Of a stretch of DNA of 64,000 nt, positions 1 through 42,829 are shown one piece after another (positions within the stretch are counted from its first letter, which is position 1; every line of letters begins with the position of its first letter). Source of the DNA: the human T2T-CHM13v2.0 reference genome, Homo sapiens; the NCBI RefSeq assembly GCF_009914755.1, contig NC_060928.1. The stretch is one strand, 5' to 3'. The notes beneath the pieces were generated by a model. That model saw only the letters and a program-made list of their open reading frames with translations, was not told where the DNA came from and searched no databases. The translations under genes were made by a program, and so were the position numbers.

Positions 1-87
1 ATATATCATTTTTGCCCCTCATTTTGCACCCCCCTTACTCCCCCAGGTAGAGGGTTTGAAAAGCTGTTGAAATTAGGCTTCTTAAGT

Positions 88-300
88 AGGGTTTCTTAGT
101 CTATGCACTTAGTGGCTTTTGGGCCTGATAATTTTTTGTTGTAGAGACCTGTTCTATACACATAAGATGTTCCACAAGCATTCCTGGTCTCTACCCAGTA
201 AATGCCAGTTACACCACCACCCTGTGTTTGACAACCAGAAATATTAATATCTCTAGATACTACCCTTGGGGCCGCAGTTGGAGCAGTTTGAAAATTAGGG
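88..300. mobile_element. MER20-like hAT-Charlie DNA transposon fossil
   Basis: Resembles the MER20 consensus (tttgggcctgataatttttt...ctctacccagtaaatgccagt...gacaaccag). Confidence 0.6.
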
Positions 301-1272
301 AAGACTTCCTCTGTCACTCTTTCTATGCAACATGGATTACAATATTGTTCCCCCTCCCACCCCAGGCTGATAGGAAGGCCTGGATAGGAATGAAAGAAAG
401 TAATTATGAAAGTCAGCATGATTTTTCAAAACCAGAAACCTCCTTCCTTCTCCCCCCAAAATCAAGCTGCAAAATACAGTTAAGAGCAAGTAAAAATGTT
501 AATTAAACTGATTCCTTGAGCTATTTACCCTGAAATGGATGGGAAAGATACATTGTATCTGAACCTCAGTCTGGGAATCAGATAGGCTGAGTAGGAGAGT
601 AGAGAGAGTTAAGGATCCCCAGAGCCATCTTGAGGTTCTCTAGGAGTCTGACAGTGCCCAGCTCCTGGGTCTTAGTGTGAGGGAGAACCTTATAGTGATG
701 AGAACCACTTTTTTTGTTTTGTGTTTTATTGAAACACTAGTAAAAGTCATAAAAACTAAACAGAGCAGAAAGTGTATATAGTGAGAAGTATCTTTCCTGT
801 ACTGTACCTCTAGGGTTGTCCTGTAGAGGCAGTCATGGAAAGTTTGAGAACTATTTTTATGGGGATAAAGAAGCCCAGGGGAAGTAAGTCTTTTAGAAGT
901 TGTCCAGGCTGAAACTCAGGACAATTCGTTACTTTTTGGACGTTCCTTTTACTCCTAGTGCACTTTCTTATCTCTTCTGCTCATATTAATAGAATGGAAC
1001 ACTTGGCCTTAGGGAAGGATGCGAAAAGAAGTGTATTTTCCTCTCTATTTTTCTCTGTTGTTAAAGAAAGCAAAAGGTACCTACTTCCAACCCTTTAGTG
1101 CTGCTATGAGTCTAACGTTTTTGGCATGAAAGGAGGAACTACAGATGCCCTTGGTTTGAATTAGAACTTTACCAATTACTGGCTGTTTGGCCTCTCTGTG
1201 CCTCATCTGTAAGTTGAGGCATGGATGCATAAAAGTGTTTCAAAAACTTCCTAGCACAAAGATAGTAATTAC

Positions 1273-1574
1273 TTTTTTTTTTTTCTTTTTCTATTTTGAG
1301 ACAAGGTCTCTCTCTTTTGCCCAGGCCAGAGTACAGTGGCAGGAACACTGCAGCCTTGACCTCCCGGGTTCTAGTGATCCTCCTAGCACAGCCTCCCAAA
1401 TGTAGCTGGGACTATAGGCATGCACCACTATGCGGGACTAATTTTCATATTTTTTGCAGAGACAGGGCTTTGCCCTGTTGCCCAGGCTGGTCTTGAACTC
1501 CTGAGCTCAGGCGATCTTCCTGCCTTGACCTCTCAAAGTGCTGGGATTACAGGCATGAGCCACTGCATCTGGTT
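1273..1574 (-). mobile_element. Alu (J-type)
   Basis: Two-arm Alu with poly-T; TSD GATAGTAATT(A/G)CTT. Confidence 0.9.
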
Positions 1575-1600
1575 GATAGTAATTGCTTAGTACGTATTAG

Positions 1601-14222
<12,622 letters not shown>

Positions 14223-15715
14223 TTTCTCCCAAGATGGCACATCTCAGTACCTTCTTACTGTGCTATGCATTTTATTGAGAGTACAGAAAGGAAGAGGAAC
14301 CTTTTTTTAATCACTTGTTTTGTTTTGACTATAGATAAGAAAGGACTACAGCATTTGATGTGTGTCCTCAAGAACTTGTCTTGGGTCTGAAAAAGCTGAG
14401 AAGAATAAAGGAAACATTGCTCAACTCTTCAGCCCCCTCCCCCTGCACACCTGTTTTCTCATTTGCCCTTTGAGCACTTTTACTTAAACTTGCTTGTAGT
14501 TGCTTTTATCACTGCCGCAAAACAGCCATCAAGAGCCATCTGCTTTCCAGGTGAACATTGGAAATGAGAATCTTTGAAACTTAGCAATATGTGTTGCACC
14601 AGATTTTTTAAATTATATATATGGAAATATATATGTATACATTTTAAGTTCTGTATACATAATTACCAAACACTATGTGACCTGGAGTTTGTGTTGTTTC
14701 TGCTCTGACAGGTTTATATGTTCTTACAAATGGATCCATAGTTTGCAGTGATTTAATTCCTGGTTGGGATTTGGCCTCCCCTCTCCCCCATGCTAATTAT
14801 TTACCCTTGTAATTGTGCATAGGGAAGCACTCACCCAATGAGACTTTCTCCAATGTGGACTCTGTGTGTCAGTGAATGAATGTAGTAAAATTCACTTTGG
14901 AAGGTTATCAGGCTTTTAAAAATCTAGTTTATGGCAAAAATAGCCATTTTCCAAGTGGTGGCTGACTGTTGCAGGGAATGAGAATTTCATAATACACTGC
15001 TATTTCAGACCTCTGTTTGGTCAGAAATGGAAAAGAAAAAGCCCCCTTTCTTCCCTTTTCTGTTTTACTTCAAGGGCATACCTTGGAGGTGCTCAGAGAA
15101 GCGTGAAGTTTGCACTATGGTGGAGGATGGGGAAAGAGTTCTAAAGTGTCTCCAGCTGTGAACCCAGGAGGTCAAGTGGGCTATTAAAATCTAACGTTGA
15201 GTAAATGTGATAGTGATGAGAAAGGAATTTTGTGTACTGTAACCTTGCAGTAGAGATGCAGCTGTCCTTCGTGTGTGGAAACACACCTCTCCTTTACATA
15301 GTTGGGAACCTCATTAGAAATGACCTCAGCTGCCCCATATCTACGTTCCTTTCAGCAGTTGTCCAAGTAGGAGTGTATCCAGTGAAGACATATCAAATCA
15401 CAAAGTCATTGTCATTAGAGTGTACTTGATTACTGGGCATCCTTGTAATATAATTTCATACCACTGACACATTATACTTGTAAGAGAACATCTTTCCCAG
15501 AGTGCCTCAGACCTTATTGCTTTAAAATATAATAATGTTTTCATTACTTTTATTATTTGAATGATTTAGTAAAGTTGACTGAATCTGGTATAGACTTTGG
15601 GAGTATGTGTGTGAAGTTTTTATCAAACTGTAATATTTGTGAATGGAATGCCTTGCAATATGAATGTTAATATAATGTGTAAAGGGAGATTAAAAAGTTT
15701 GAATGATTATCCTAC
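14223..15715 (+). other. METAP1: METAP1 3' UTR (end approximate)
   Basis: About 1.5 kb with no repeat I recognise after the stop, followed by ATTAAA at 15689-15694 and AATAAA at 15797-15802. Confidence 0.7.
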
Positions 15716-15802
15716 CATGTAGTCATTAACTTTGCTGCATTTCTTTGGGATTTCAGAGGGAAATGGTGGGAATGGGGAGGCTGTTTGATAATCTAAAATA
15801 AA
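15689..15802 (+). terminator. Candidate METAP1 polyadenylation signals (ATTAAA 15689-15694; AATAAA 15797-15802)
   Basis: Hexamers with upstream UGUA motifs and downstream U/GU-rich sequence. Confidence 0.6.
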
Positions 15803-16204
15803 TTCATGACCATTTGAGTAGAAATGTTTTTTCAGGTGTAATGGCTGTACATAAACTCAGTAGAGTGCCAGCAGCATTTGAGATGCAACCATATTTTTGA
15901 GAGCTTTTAAGACAGAATGCTGAATATTAGGGGAGCATTTTATGTACTGATTGTGGAATTAACAATGTGGGCTTATTCAGTGTCTGTCATTAGAATATAA
16001 GCTGAAGGAAGAAAGATCTTGGTGTGATAGTTTTTTGGTTAAAAGATAAAACACCACACTGGTGATAATGCTTTTCTTAGTTTGGGAGATTTTAAAACAA
16101 TATGGACTCTAGTCTAATTGCATATATCTAATTACAAATGTTCATTGGATTTAGGTGACAAAACACCTAGTTTCATCATTCTGCCACCTTTTTACAAAAC
16201 AAGT

Positions 16205-16372
<168 letters not shown>

Positions 16373-17032
16373 ATCAAAGTATTAACTTCTTTTTTTACAT
16401 TAACTTTTAGAATAATTTTTTCCCCCTGCCAGTCTTCCAACTCCTTTGGAATTATAACTTGGAAGAAGGGAAACATGAACTTCATTTTATGTCTTTTGTT
16501 GATAAAAAGGATTAACCAACACCTTTATACCACTTGCACCCACATATCTAAATTAATAGGCAAGAGTTGATGAGGTTTAGGAATTTGTTTGCTTGATTCC
16601 TCAGTTTGTTCTCTAACGACTTCTGGGTTTTCATTGGATTTGGTTAAAACTGAGAGCAGGATGCTCCCCTTTGCTTAACCTCTACCCTCATGGTATCTGT
16701 AAGCGATTTCCTTCCTGTTTTTCCCTTCTTTTAAAATTTTTATTTTTTATCTCCAACTTTTTATATTGAAAATTTTCAAATTACAGAAAAGTTGAAAGTA
16801 TAGTACAGTGAAATAATCATATATCCCTTACCTTTATCTAACAAATGTCATTTTGTCACCTTTGCTTTATCTCTGTATAAGCACTTTTCTTTTGAAAGAA
16901 GCAACATCGTACTTCACCCTACTACATCAGCATGTATCTCTTAACCTAATGACATTCTTTTACATGATCATAACACAATTAGAAATTTAGTATTAATACA
17001 GAATTATATAATGTATAGGATATAAACTTTAA

Positions 17033-17388
<356 letters not shown>

Positions 17389-17407
17389 TTAGTCTTCTTA
17401 ACTCTAG

Positions 17408-17584
17408 CAGCCGTGTCTAATCCTTTGAGTGCGAGGATCTTTTATCTGTGGTGGTGGATATCATGAAAATTATGCACAGGCCTTTGTTTGAGCTCATCAG
17501 CTATCGTTGGTGTATTTTACATGTGGCCCAAGATAATTCTTCTTCCACTGTGGCCCAGGGAAGCTGAAAGGTTGGACACCCATG
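17408..17584. mobile_element. MER30-family MITE
   Basis: Ends CAGCCGTGTCTAATC / GGTTGGACACCCATG; tgtggcccagggaagc motif. Confidence 0.65.
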
Positions 17585-18276
17585 CTAGAATAACCCTCAC
17601 ACCTTTTTTGATGTCTTACGAAATGGACACTTGAAAAATCAGGTTAGTTTACAAAAGTCCGTTTGTCTGATTGTTCCTCATGAGGATAGATGCAGGATAA
17701 ACATCTTGGTGGAAGACTACAGAAATGGCAGTTGTATGCCCCATTCATTGTACAACGTGAGGCACATAATGTTGTTGTCACCTTATTGCTGATGCAAAGT
17801 TTGATCACTTGGTGTTTGTCAGACCTTTTCACTGTAAAAATACCTTTTTTCCTAAACAAGTAATCTGGGAGATTAATATTTGCTTGATACTACCAGACAG
17901 ATGTAAAATTGTTTCAAAATTACTACACTAAAATCACTGCCAACAATAAAGTACACTTTCTTTATGATTCTTTTTTTCTTAGAACATATCATTGAAGTAA
18001 TTTAGATCTTATTCTGAATTTCATAAACCATGGGCTACTTTAAGAATGAATGCAGTGAATCTCGGGGGCAAAAAATACAGTAGAGGTGGGGAGGGATATA
18101 TTAGTGGTCTGGCAGTTAGAAATGCTGGAACTGTTTGAGACAGTGTAGTAAGATTCTGTCTACATTTGATAGTGTTTAACTTTTACCAAGCTTTCCAGCT
18201 GCAAGAGGAGCAAATCATACCACTTGTAAATTACACCACACTTGTGGCAGTGTCGCTCATTTTCCAACTCCTTTAT

Positions 18277-19131
18277 TTATTTATTTATTTTTATTTTTTT
18301 CTTTTTTTATTATACTTTAAGTTCTAGGGTACATGTGCACAACGTGCAGGTTTGTTACGTATACATGTGCCACGTTGGTGTGCTGCACCCATTAACTCGT
18401 CATTTACATTAGGTATATCTCCTAATGCTATCCCTCCCCCCTCCTCCCACCCCACGACAGGCCCCAGTGTATGATGTTCCCCTTCCTGTGTCCAAGTGTT
18501 CTCATTGTTCAATTCCCACCTGTAAGTGAGAACATGTGGTGTTTGGTTTTTTGCCCTTGCGATAGTTTCCTGAGAATGATGGTTTCCAGCTTCATCCATG
18601 TCCCTACAAAGGACATGAACTCATCCTTTTTTATGGCTGCATAGTATTCCATGGTGTATATGTGCCACATTTTCTTAATCCAGTCTATCACTGATGGACA
18701 TTTGGGTTGGTTCCAAGTCTTTGCTATTGTGAATAGTGCCACAATAAACATATGTGTGCATGTGTCTTTATAGCAGCATGATTTATAATCCTTTGGGTAT
18801 ATACCCATTAATGGGATGGCTGGGTCCAATGGTATTTCTAGTTCTAGATCCTTGAGGAATTGCCACACCGTTTTCCACAATGGTTGAACTAGTTTACAGT
18901 CCCACCAACAGTGTAAAAGTGTTCCTATTTCTTGACATCCTCTCCAGCATCTGTTGTTTCCTGACTTTTTAGTGATTGCTATTCTAACTGGTGTGAGATG
19001 GTATCTCATTGTGGTATTGATTTGCATTTCTCTGATGGCCAGTGATGATGAGCATTTTTTCATGTGTCTGTTGGCTGCATAAATGTCTTGAGAAGTGTCT
19101 GTTCATATCCTTCGCCCACTTTTTGATGGGG
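18277..19131 (-). mobile_element. 5'-truncated L1PA (about 855 bp; ORF2 C-terminus + 3' UTR)
   Basis: ORF 18509-19063 is the L1 ORF2 C-terminal domain; perfect 13-bp TSD CCAACTCCTTTAT (18264-18276 / 19132-19144). Confidence 0.95.
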
Positions 19132-19629
19132 CCAACTCCTTTATGTTAGAACATAACATTTAGACATTCATGTTTTAGGAACAAACTGTTTCATAACATA
19201 GGCTGCATTAGGCTAAAACCTATAAAAGTTGTGTTTTGTTCTATTTTAAAAATGGACACCTAAGGAAAGGTTAGCTTAGCACACAGTCTGTGTATGGAAA
19301 CTCTGGCCCTTATGGCAACCTTCTCTCATCTTCCTTTTGGTGCTAAGTAGGAAAAAGAAAAATAGTCTGCATTTATTTGGGTGTTTTGCAAGATGAAGCA
19401 GGAATAAGGTGGCCCTGGCTACGTGTTTGCTGCTTTTCATTTTGGGGACTGTGGGTGAGCAACAATAGAACTGTGTATATGGTGATTCTGGTTATTTTTG
19501 AAAAAAGGTCAACACTGGTATTTTACTAGAATACTCCAAAAAGTTAAAATATGGAGCACTCAAGAAGGACTTCCTATAAAAATTTTCACTTATCACAATT
19601 GTGCTGTTAGTCGTTCACAGTATTTTAAT

Positions 19630-19994
<365 letters not shown>

Positions 19995-21374
19995 TGATAT
20001 GACAACTACCAACTGTTTTATTCTATACAGAATGTGACTGGCTATGAAGCAGATTTGCTTTGTTTCAGTAGTTGGGTCAGAGATCACCAGACAATTCCAG
20101 ATAGAATTTTTTAAACTTAAATCTGAATTTGAGCCCTGGATGATTCTGAGGAAACAATGCCAAGGATAAGAACATTTAATATTAACATGTAGATTACAGA
20201 AAGAGATCAACATATTTTAAAGCGTGTTCTGCTGCTTTATCTTGCTTAACATATCTCGATATTTTTGGCAGTCAAGAGTACATGTTTAAACTGGAGGTAA
20301 TTCCATGGTGGGTTATCACTCTTTTCTTGAAAGGAGCATGTGCATATTTCTCTTATACATAAGGAATTCTGATATGTCCAGTTTGATAAAAATCAATCTG
20401 CTTAAGAGCCCATTACGCTGCTTTGTCACCATAATGTTCCACCGAAGGAAATCTTGTATAATAGAGGACTTTGCTCATCTTGTTCACTTGGTAGTTGTTC
20501 CTTAAAGACACAATTACCTTGGTATAGTTCTATGCAATTATTATCTAAATAGCTGTTTATACAGTACTTAATAAAATGTTTTCCAAGTGTGTTTGTAGTG
20601 TACTTTTTCTAAAAGGTATTTGCTGACAAAGAAATTGATCTTGTGTGTGAACTGAAAAAAATTGGCTGAAGCCAGTTAGTCAACAAGGTGTCCCTGTAGG
20701 CCCAAAGAACTAAACTGTACTTTAGGACTTTGATTATCAACCTACATGGCAGATTGGTAGCCGAGCAGAAAAGTTCTGAAGCATTCTGTGCATGTAAAAT
20801 ATGTTTCCCCTTCCCTGAGTCAACAAAACATTTTGAGAATTACCAGCTAAGTAAAATTTTCCATTCAGATGGGATGAACAGAAATAGTGCTATGTATACT
20901 TTTTGGAGCCATTTTTGTTAGGTGTTAAGTTGTACACATGTTGACTGGCTCCACTGTAGTAAAGTTTTGGACATAATGCAGTTTTTTCCATACCTCTATC
21001 CCAAACGACGTCATCATCCCATAAATTCTACTCTATATGTTAGTTTTGTGTGAATAAAGAACTTGTGCCTATCAGACATGCCTGTAGACGGACTGTCTCC
21101 AGCGAGTATCACTAGGTAGGTTACATAGCAGAATAGCCAAACATGCTAAAAATGGCAATGCAGGAAATACTTGAAGAGAAATTTTTATATTGGGAATATA
21201 AAAATTTTGCAATTAAACATAAAGATGCTTAAGTTCCTTACATGGCAAAATTTTAGATCCTTTAAAAAAATTTTACCAGCTTTAATGAAATATACAGTGG
21301 AAGTTAATATCCATCTGTATTGCAATTATATACCTCTTGTCCAAAAAAGCAGCTTAAAGATAACTTTCAAAAGT

Positions 21375-21568
21375 TTCCCAACAATTAATAATTTATTGTA
21401 TATTTCAAAACAGCTAAAAGAGCAGCTTTGGAATGTTCTTTTAGAAATGATCATTGTTTGAGGTGATGGATATTCCAGTTATTCTGATGTGATCATTATA
21501 TATTGTATGCACATATCAATATCACATGCTCGGTAAGTACATACAACTATTATGTATCCACTGAAAAA
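21375..21568 (+). mobile_element. L1MA 3'-end fragment
   Basis: aatttattgtatatttcaaaa..gctaaaag...gaggtgatggatat motif. Confidence 0.65.
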
Positions 21569-21659
21569 ATGTCTAACAAGACTTCTAAAGTGGTTGAATC
21601 CCAATTTGGGACAACCAGGGTAGATTTGCTTACATGCACTTAGTGAATGGTTGGTTGGT

Positions 21660-21963
<304 letters not shown>

Positions 21964-22019
21964 TAAGCAATTCCTCAATTCAAGACGATGTATTAAAATG
22001 ATCTTAAAAAGAAAGACTT

Positions 22020-22320
<301 letters not shown>

Positions 22321-22378
22321 CTATAGCCGAGTCTCATGACCCAGGAATTCTAATAGTAAAGATTTTGTAAAATTGATT

Positions 22379-22480
22379 ATTTTTATTATTTTTGTGACAG
22401 GGTTTCACTCTGCCACCCAGGCTGGAGTGCGGTAGTGCAATCACAGCTCAAAGCAGCCTCGACCTCCCGGGCTCAAGCAC
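22379..22480 (-). mobile_element. Severely 5'-truncated Alu (about 100 bp)
   Basis: 19-bp TSD AGATTTTGTAAAA(T/C)TGATT. Confidence 0.8.
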
Positions 22481-22650
22481 AGATTTTGTAAAACTGATTC
22501 TTTATACTGGATCTCTGAAAGAGATAGTTGTGCTTTCAGCCAGGAAATGCTAATACTAAACTTAATCAGCTGGCTCAAGAGTATGTACTTAACTGTGCCA
22601 GAAATGAAAAGCAAATTCAATAATAGGCTAGCTACAAAAATTAGAGTAGT

Positions 22651-22952
22651 ATTTTATTTATTTATTTGACAGGGTCTCACTCTGTTGCCCAGGCTGTGCA
22701 GTGCTGCGATTATGACTTACTGCAGTCTCGACCTCCTGGGATCAAGCCATCTTTCTAACTCAGCCTCCTTAGTAGCTAGGACCACAGGCACATGCCACCA
22801 TGCCCGGCCAATTAAAAAAAAAAAATTTTTTTTTTTTCTAGAGATGACATCTGTGTTGCCCAGGTTGGTCTTGAACTTCGGAGGCCAAGTGATCCTCCCA
22901 CTTTGGGCTCTCAAAGTGCTGGAATTACAGTTGTGAGCCACCGCACTTGGCC
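22651..22952 (-). mobile_element. Alu (J-type)
   Basis: Diverged two-arm Alu. Confidence 0.85.
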
Positions 22953-23879
22953 TATTTTAATATTAATCATCTTAAAACTGCTTTACATTTTCATATTGGC
23001 GAACCTAAAAAACGTTTGCCATTGCAATTCATGAATATCTCATGTTTGTTTGAGAAGAAAAGTCAAAGGAACAAGACCTTTAGGAGTTACTGGCTCTCCT
23101 CCATACTCTCCATAACTGTTTTGTTACTGCAGTTGCCAACATAGGATACTTTTGTTCCTAGAAGGCTGGGCTACACCAAAGATTAAAAGCACATTTCCTA
23201 CAAGTGGAGTAGAAGCTAGTTTTAATTTCGTCTTCCTTTCAGTCCACTTAAGATAACAGTTGTGGCCCCTTTGGGCCCTCATATCTCCAGCCCTCTAGGT
23301 AAAACAGGAGGGAAGCTGGACTACATTGTCAGGCACTTCAAATGCACCAAAGTTCTGAAAAGGGGAAATCCTGACCATTACTACCAGTTTGTTTCCCACT
23401 TTTCAATCAATGACATATTGCTCTCTCACACAATTCTGTGGGAGCATTTAAACCATATCAATAAATTGAAAAAGCACATAGCATCAATCCAACCAAAAGA
23501 TATTTGCATGGTAAACGTGATGCACTGATATAAACTCTATGTTATCATGTGGAGAAAAAAGTTCACAGAGTAGTGTTGATAGTATTCCTTTCGTGTAATT
23601 TTAGAGGATATATATGCTATTGTGTGCATAGAAACTCCTAAAAAGATACGTAAGAAACTTAACAGTAATCACCCATTTTTTTGCAGGTGTATAGCTTTTC
23701 TTTCTCATTATATAATTTCCTAACAATTTATATTTTCTAACCCTTAGGTATATTGCATTCATTAATTTATTTTTATGTCAAGGATTATCAGGATGGTAAG
23801 ATCCTGGACCATTTTTGTTTGCTTCTTTATACTTCTCAGGATAAAATAACCTAAATGTTACTTACCACCACCAGGAAGA

Positions 23880-24690
23880 TTTATGTGACTACATTAAAAC
23901 TTTATTCAACAAAATACCATAAAGTAAAAAGAAAAGTCACAAGATAGACTAGAAGATATTTGCAACATATAAAACTGACAAATGATTGATGTCTAGAATA
24001 AAAGAACTCCTAAAAATTATTCAGAGAAAAATAATTCAATACAAAGTTGAGCACAGGATATGAACAGGTTCTTCACAATAAAATGTCCATTAGAATGAAG
24101 GATTTAACGAGAATTAAGGAAAATGCAAACTAAAGTCATAATAAAACACCATTCCATACTCATGTAATTCACAAAAACTCACATTTACTTTGAAGAGCAA
24201 TTTGGCAATGTCTATAAGGCTAAATGTGTTTATTCTGTGATACGTCTTAGGTAACACGCAGTGAGCCCAATGCAGAAGAATGTTCCACTACAGTGTTATA
24301 ATACAGAAACTGGCAACAACTTCATGCCTTCAACTGGAGAACAGATAAATTATGGTAGTTCCCGTAATTGAATTCTGCTACACAGGACTAAAATTAATGA
24401 ACGAGAGCTTCAGATATAATTATACAATAATGAGTGAAAAAAGCTGTAGAATGAGCAAGTATGAGGCTTAAAAATATATAAAACAGTACTAAAGAGTAGA
24501 TGGTTTAGGTTATACACAGTGAAAGTACAACAACACAGGAATGATAAACATCAAATTGTGGATAATTGTTACCTCTGGAGGGGAGGAATGGCAATGTGAT
24601 CTCGAAGTGGCAAAATGTTAAGATTTGACAAAAGTAGGTGCTGAGAACTTGGATATTCAGTATGTAGTTCACTATACTAGAAATAGTACA
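23880..24690 (+). mobile_element. Ancient L1M (ME/MC-like) ORF2 end / 3' UTR fragment
   Basis: agaagatatttgcaacatataaaactgacaaa..tctagaata..aagaactcc and later L1M motifs. Confidence 0.65.
23901..23906 (-). terminator. Candidate ADH5 distal polyadenylation signal AATAAA
   Basis: TTTATT on +, about 1.4 kb after the stop; fits my recollection of a long-UTR ADH5 isoform. Confidence 0.5.
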
Positions 24691-25072
24691 GTCACAACCA
24701 ACACATACATACACCTATTTAAGCCCAGAATGCTGTTTCAATAATACATTTTAGTGCCCCCTGAAGGGCAGATGCCATCCTAGGAATTTGGGGTACAGGT
24801 ATGAACAAGGCACAGTACCTCCCTTCAAGATAATATCACAGAAGCAGACTTGGGTCCTGATTAACTTTGTCACTGATGGCTAGGATCTGTTCTTTAATCA
24901 ACGGGGACTGAGACCCTTAAAAGTTCAACGTTATGTTTCTGAGGTTTCAGACACCCACCACTGCCCTGCTTCCTTTCCCTTTCCCTTGCAGAATGAAGAT
25001 AATGGGCAGACAAACCGTGACAATGATGACAGCATAAAACAAGACAATTTCCACACAAATGTAGAAATTACT

Positions 25073-25078
25073 TTTATT
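25073..25078 (-). terminator. ADH5 proximal polyadenylation signal AATAAA
   Basis: TTTATT on +, about 240 nt after the stop, followed on - by GU-rich TGTGTGGAAATTGTCTTGTTTT. Confidence 0.7.
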
Positions 25079-25318
25079 ATGTTAAAATATTCCTTAATAA
25101 ACTAGCAATTATTTATGTGGAGGAGCATCCAGAAAACAGGTTCATGACTGAATTATCCTTGTCCTTGATTATAGAGATTCATGAATGACACACATAACCC
25201 TATTTTCTGGAGTAGCTGTGAAGCTCTACGAGGCTGTGAGGTTGGAGGCGCTTCTCCCTGCCTGTTAAGCTGCTCCTATCACATCACGACAGGATGGACA
25301 TTATTTTTCTCTTTTGAA

Positions 25319-41600
<16,282 letters not shown>

Positions 41601-41602
41601 GT

Positions 41603-41665
41603 TCACGGATTCTGGTCGGCGCGGGGGGCTGACATCCGGGGTGGGCCGCGCAGCGACGGAGGCAT
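41603..41665 (-). promoter_or_regulatory. ADH5 5' UTR upstream ORF (20 aa MPPSLRGPPRMSAPRADQNP; second in-frame ATG at 41635)
   Basis: ATG at 41665 and 41635 share a frame; the TGA at 41605-41603 lies 2 nt before the main ATG (TGA AC ATG). Confidence 0.8.
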
Positions 41666-41749
41666 GGGCGTGGCGAGCGCCTAGCGAGGGGGGCGGGGCG
41701 TGGGGGGGGCTTGCAATGGCTCCAACCGGAAGGGCGGTGCTCGAGCTGT

Positions 41750-41972
41750 GGTGCGTGCCGCTAAGTTGTGCGTTCCAGGGTGCACTCGCCGGCGAGGCTG
41801 CACGGCGCCGGTTTCATTGCTAAAATCCGACGGACTTGTTGCAGAACTCGTTTTTTTTGTCGGGAAAGGGCTTCCCCGTGTAACTTTACAGCAGTTATCG
41901 TAGATAAGACTTGCAAATTACAGATGTGGACGGTGAGGGAACGGGAATTTCACTGAAAGCGCCTGAGAACCA
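41750..41972 (+). ncRNA. Probable first exon of a divergent lncRNA (recalled as LOC100507053); boundaries uncertain
   Basis: Unique CpG-rich sequence head-to-head with ADH5, with + strand donor-like sites CG|GTGAGG (41933) and CA|GTAAGA (41973); the lncRNA identity is from recall. Confidence 0.45.
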
Positions 41973-42339
41973 GTAAGAGACCTGCAACAGCTTTGTGCTC
42001 CACTGGCGAATGCTTCCTCCCCTAATACACATTATGTGTGCTTGGAGACACAAGGAGTAAGATACAGCCCCTCAAGGGACTCGTCATAGGGAGAGGACAC
42101 AGCTTTGGGAATAAAGGGGCCACAAAGGAGGAGAGAGGAGTTTGCTGAAACTTCCCAAGCTCCCATTCCAGCAGTTCCTGAAGGGTAGGTAGGATTTTGG
42201 GGAGACAGTAGAACGTGGGCAGAGAACTTTGGAAGGAGGAGATGAGGAGAACAAAAAGTCTCCTGATCCTGGACAGTTTTTTGTGTTAAGAGTGGGCCAG
42301 AGTGTAGAGAGAGAGAATGTAGTATTTGTCGGTTTACTC

Positions 42340-42654
42340 TTTCTTTGTTTGTTTGAGACGGAGTCTCGCACTGTCGCCCAGGCTGGAGTGCAGTGGCGCG
42401 ATCTCGGGTCACTGCAACCTCCGCCTCCTAGGTTCAAGTGATTCTCGTGCCTCAGCCTCCTGAGTAGTTGGGATCACAGGCACACGCCACCACGCTGGCT
42501 CAATTTTGTATTTTTAGTAGAGATTGGGAGTGGGGGCAGGGGGTTGGTCTCACCATGTATGCCAGTCTGGTCTTGAACTCCTAACCTCAAGTGATTCACC
42601 CACCTCAGCCTCCCAAAGTGCTGGGATTACGGGCATGAGCCACCGCACCTGGCC
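42340..42654 (-). mobile_element. AluS
   Basis: Full Alu; TSD-like TG(TCG/CCA)GTTTACTCTT. Confidence 0.9.
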
Positions 42655-42829
42655 TGCCAGTTTACTCTTAAACTCTGTTGTAAACGCTGAATTTTGTTAA
42701 AATAGCTCTGTCAGACACACTGCTCTTTTCTGTCTTTCAGTCTTTTTCTTGGCTCTTTTCCGGGTACATATGGTAAGATTGTCCAAAGTCTTTCCGTCCT
42801 TTCACTCCACTCTCTCACTCACACTTTGG

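Noticed and set aside
14470-15120. miRNA seed matches (GCACTTT, TTGCACTA) in the METAP1 3' UTR
   Set aside because: Short motifs expected by chance; conservation cannot be assessed from one sequence
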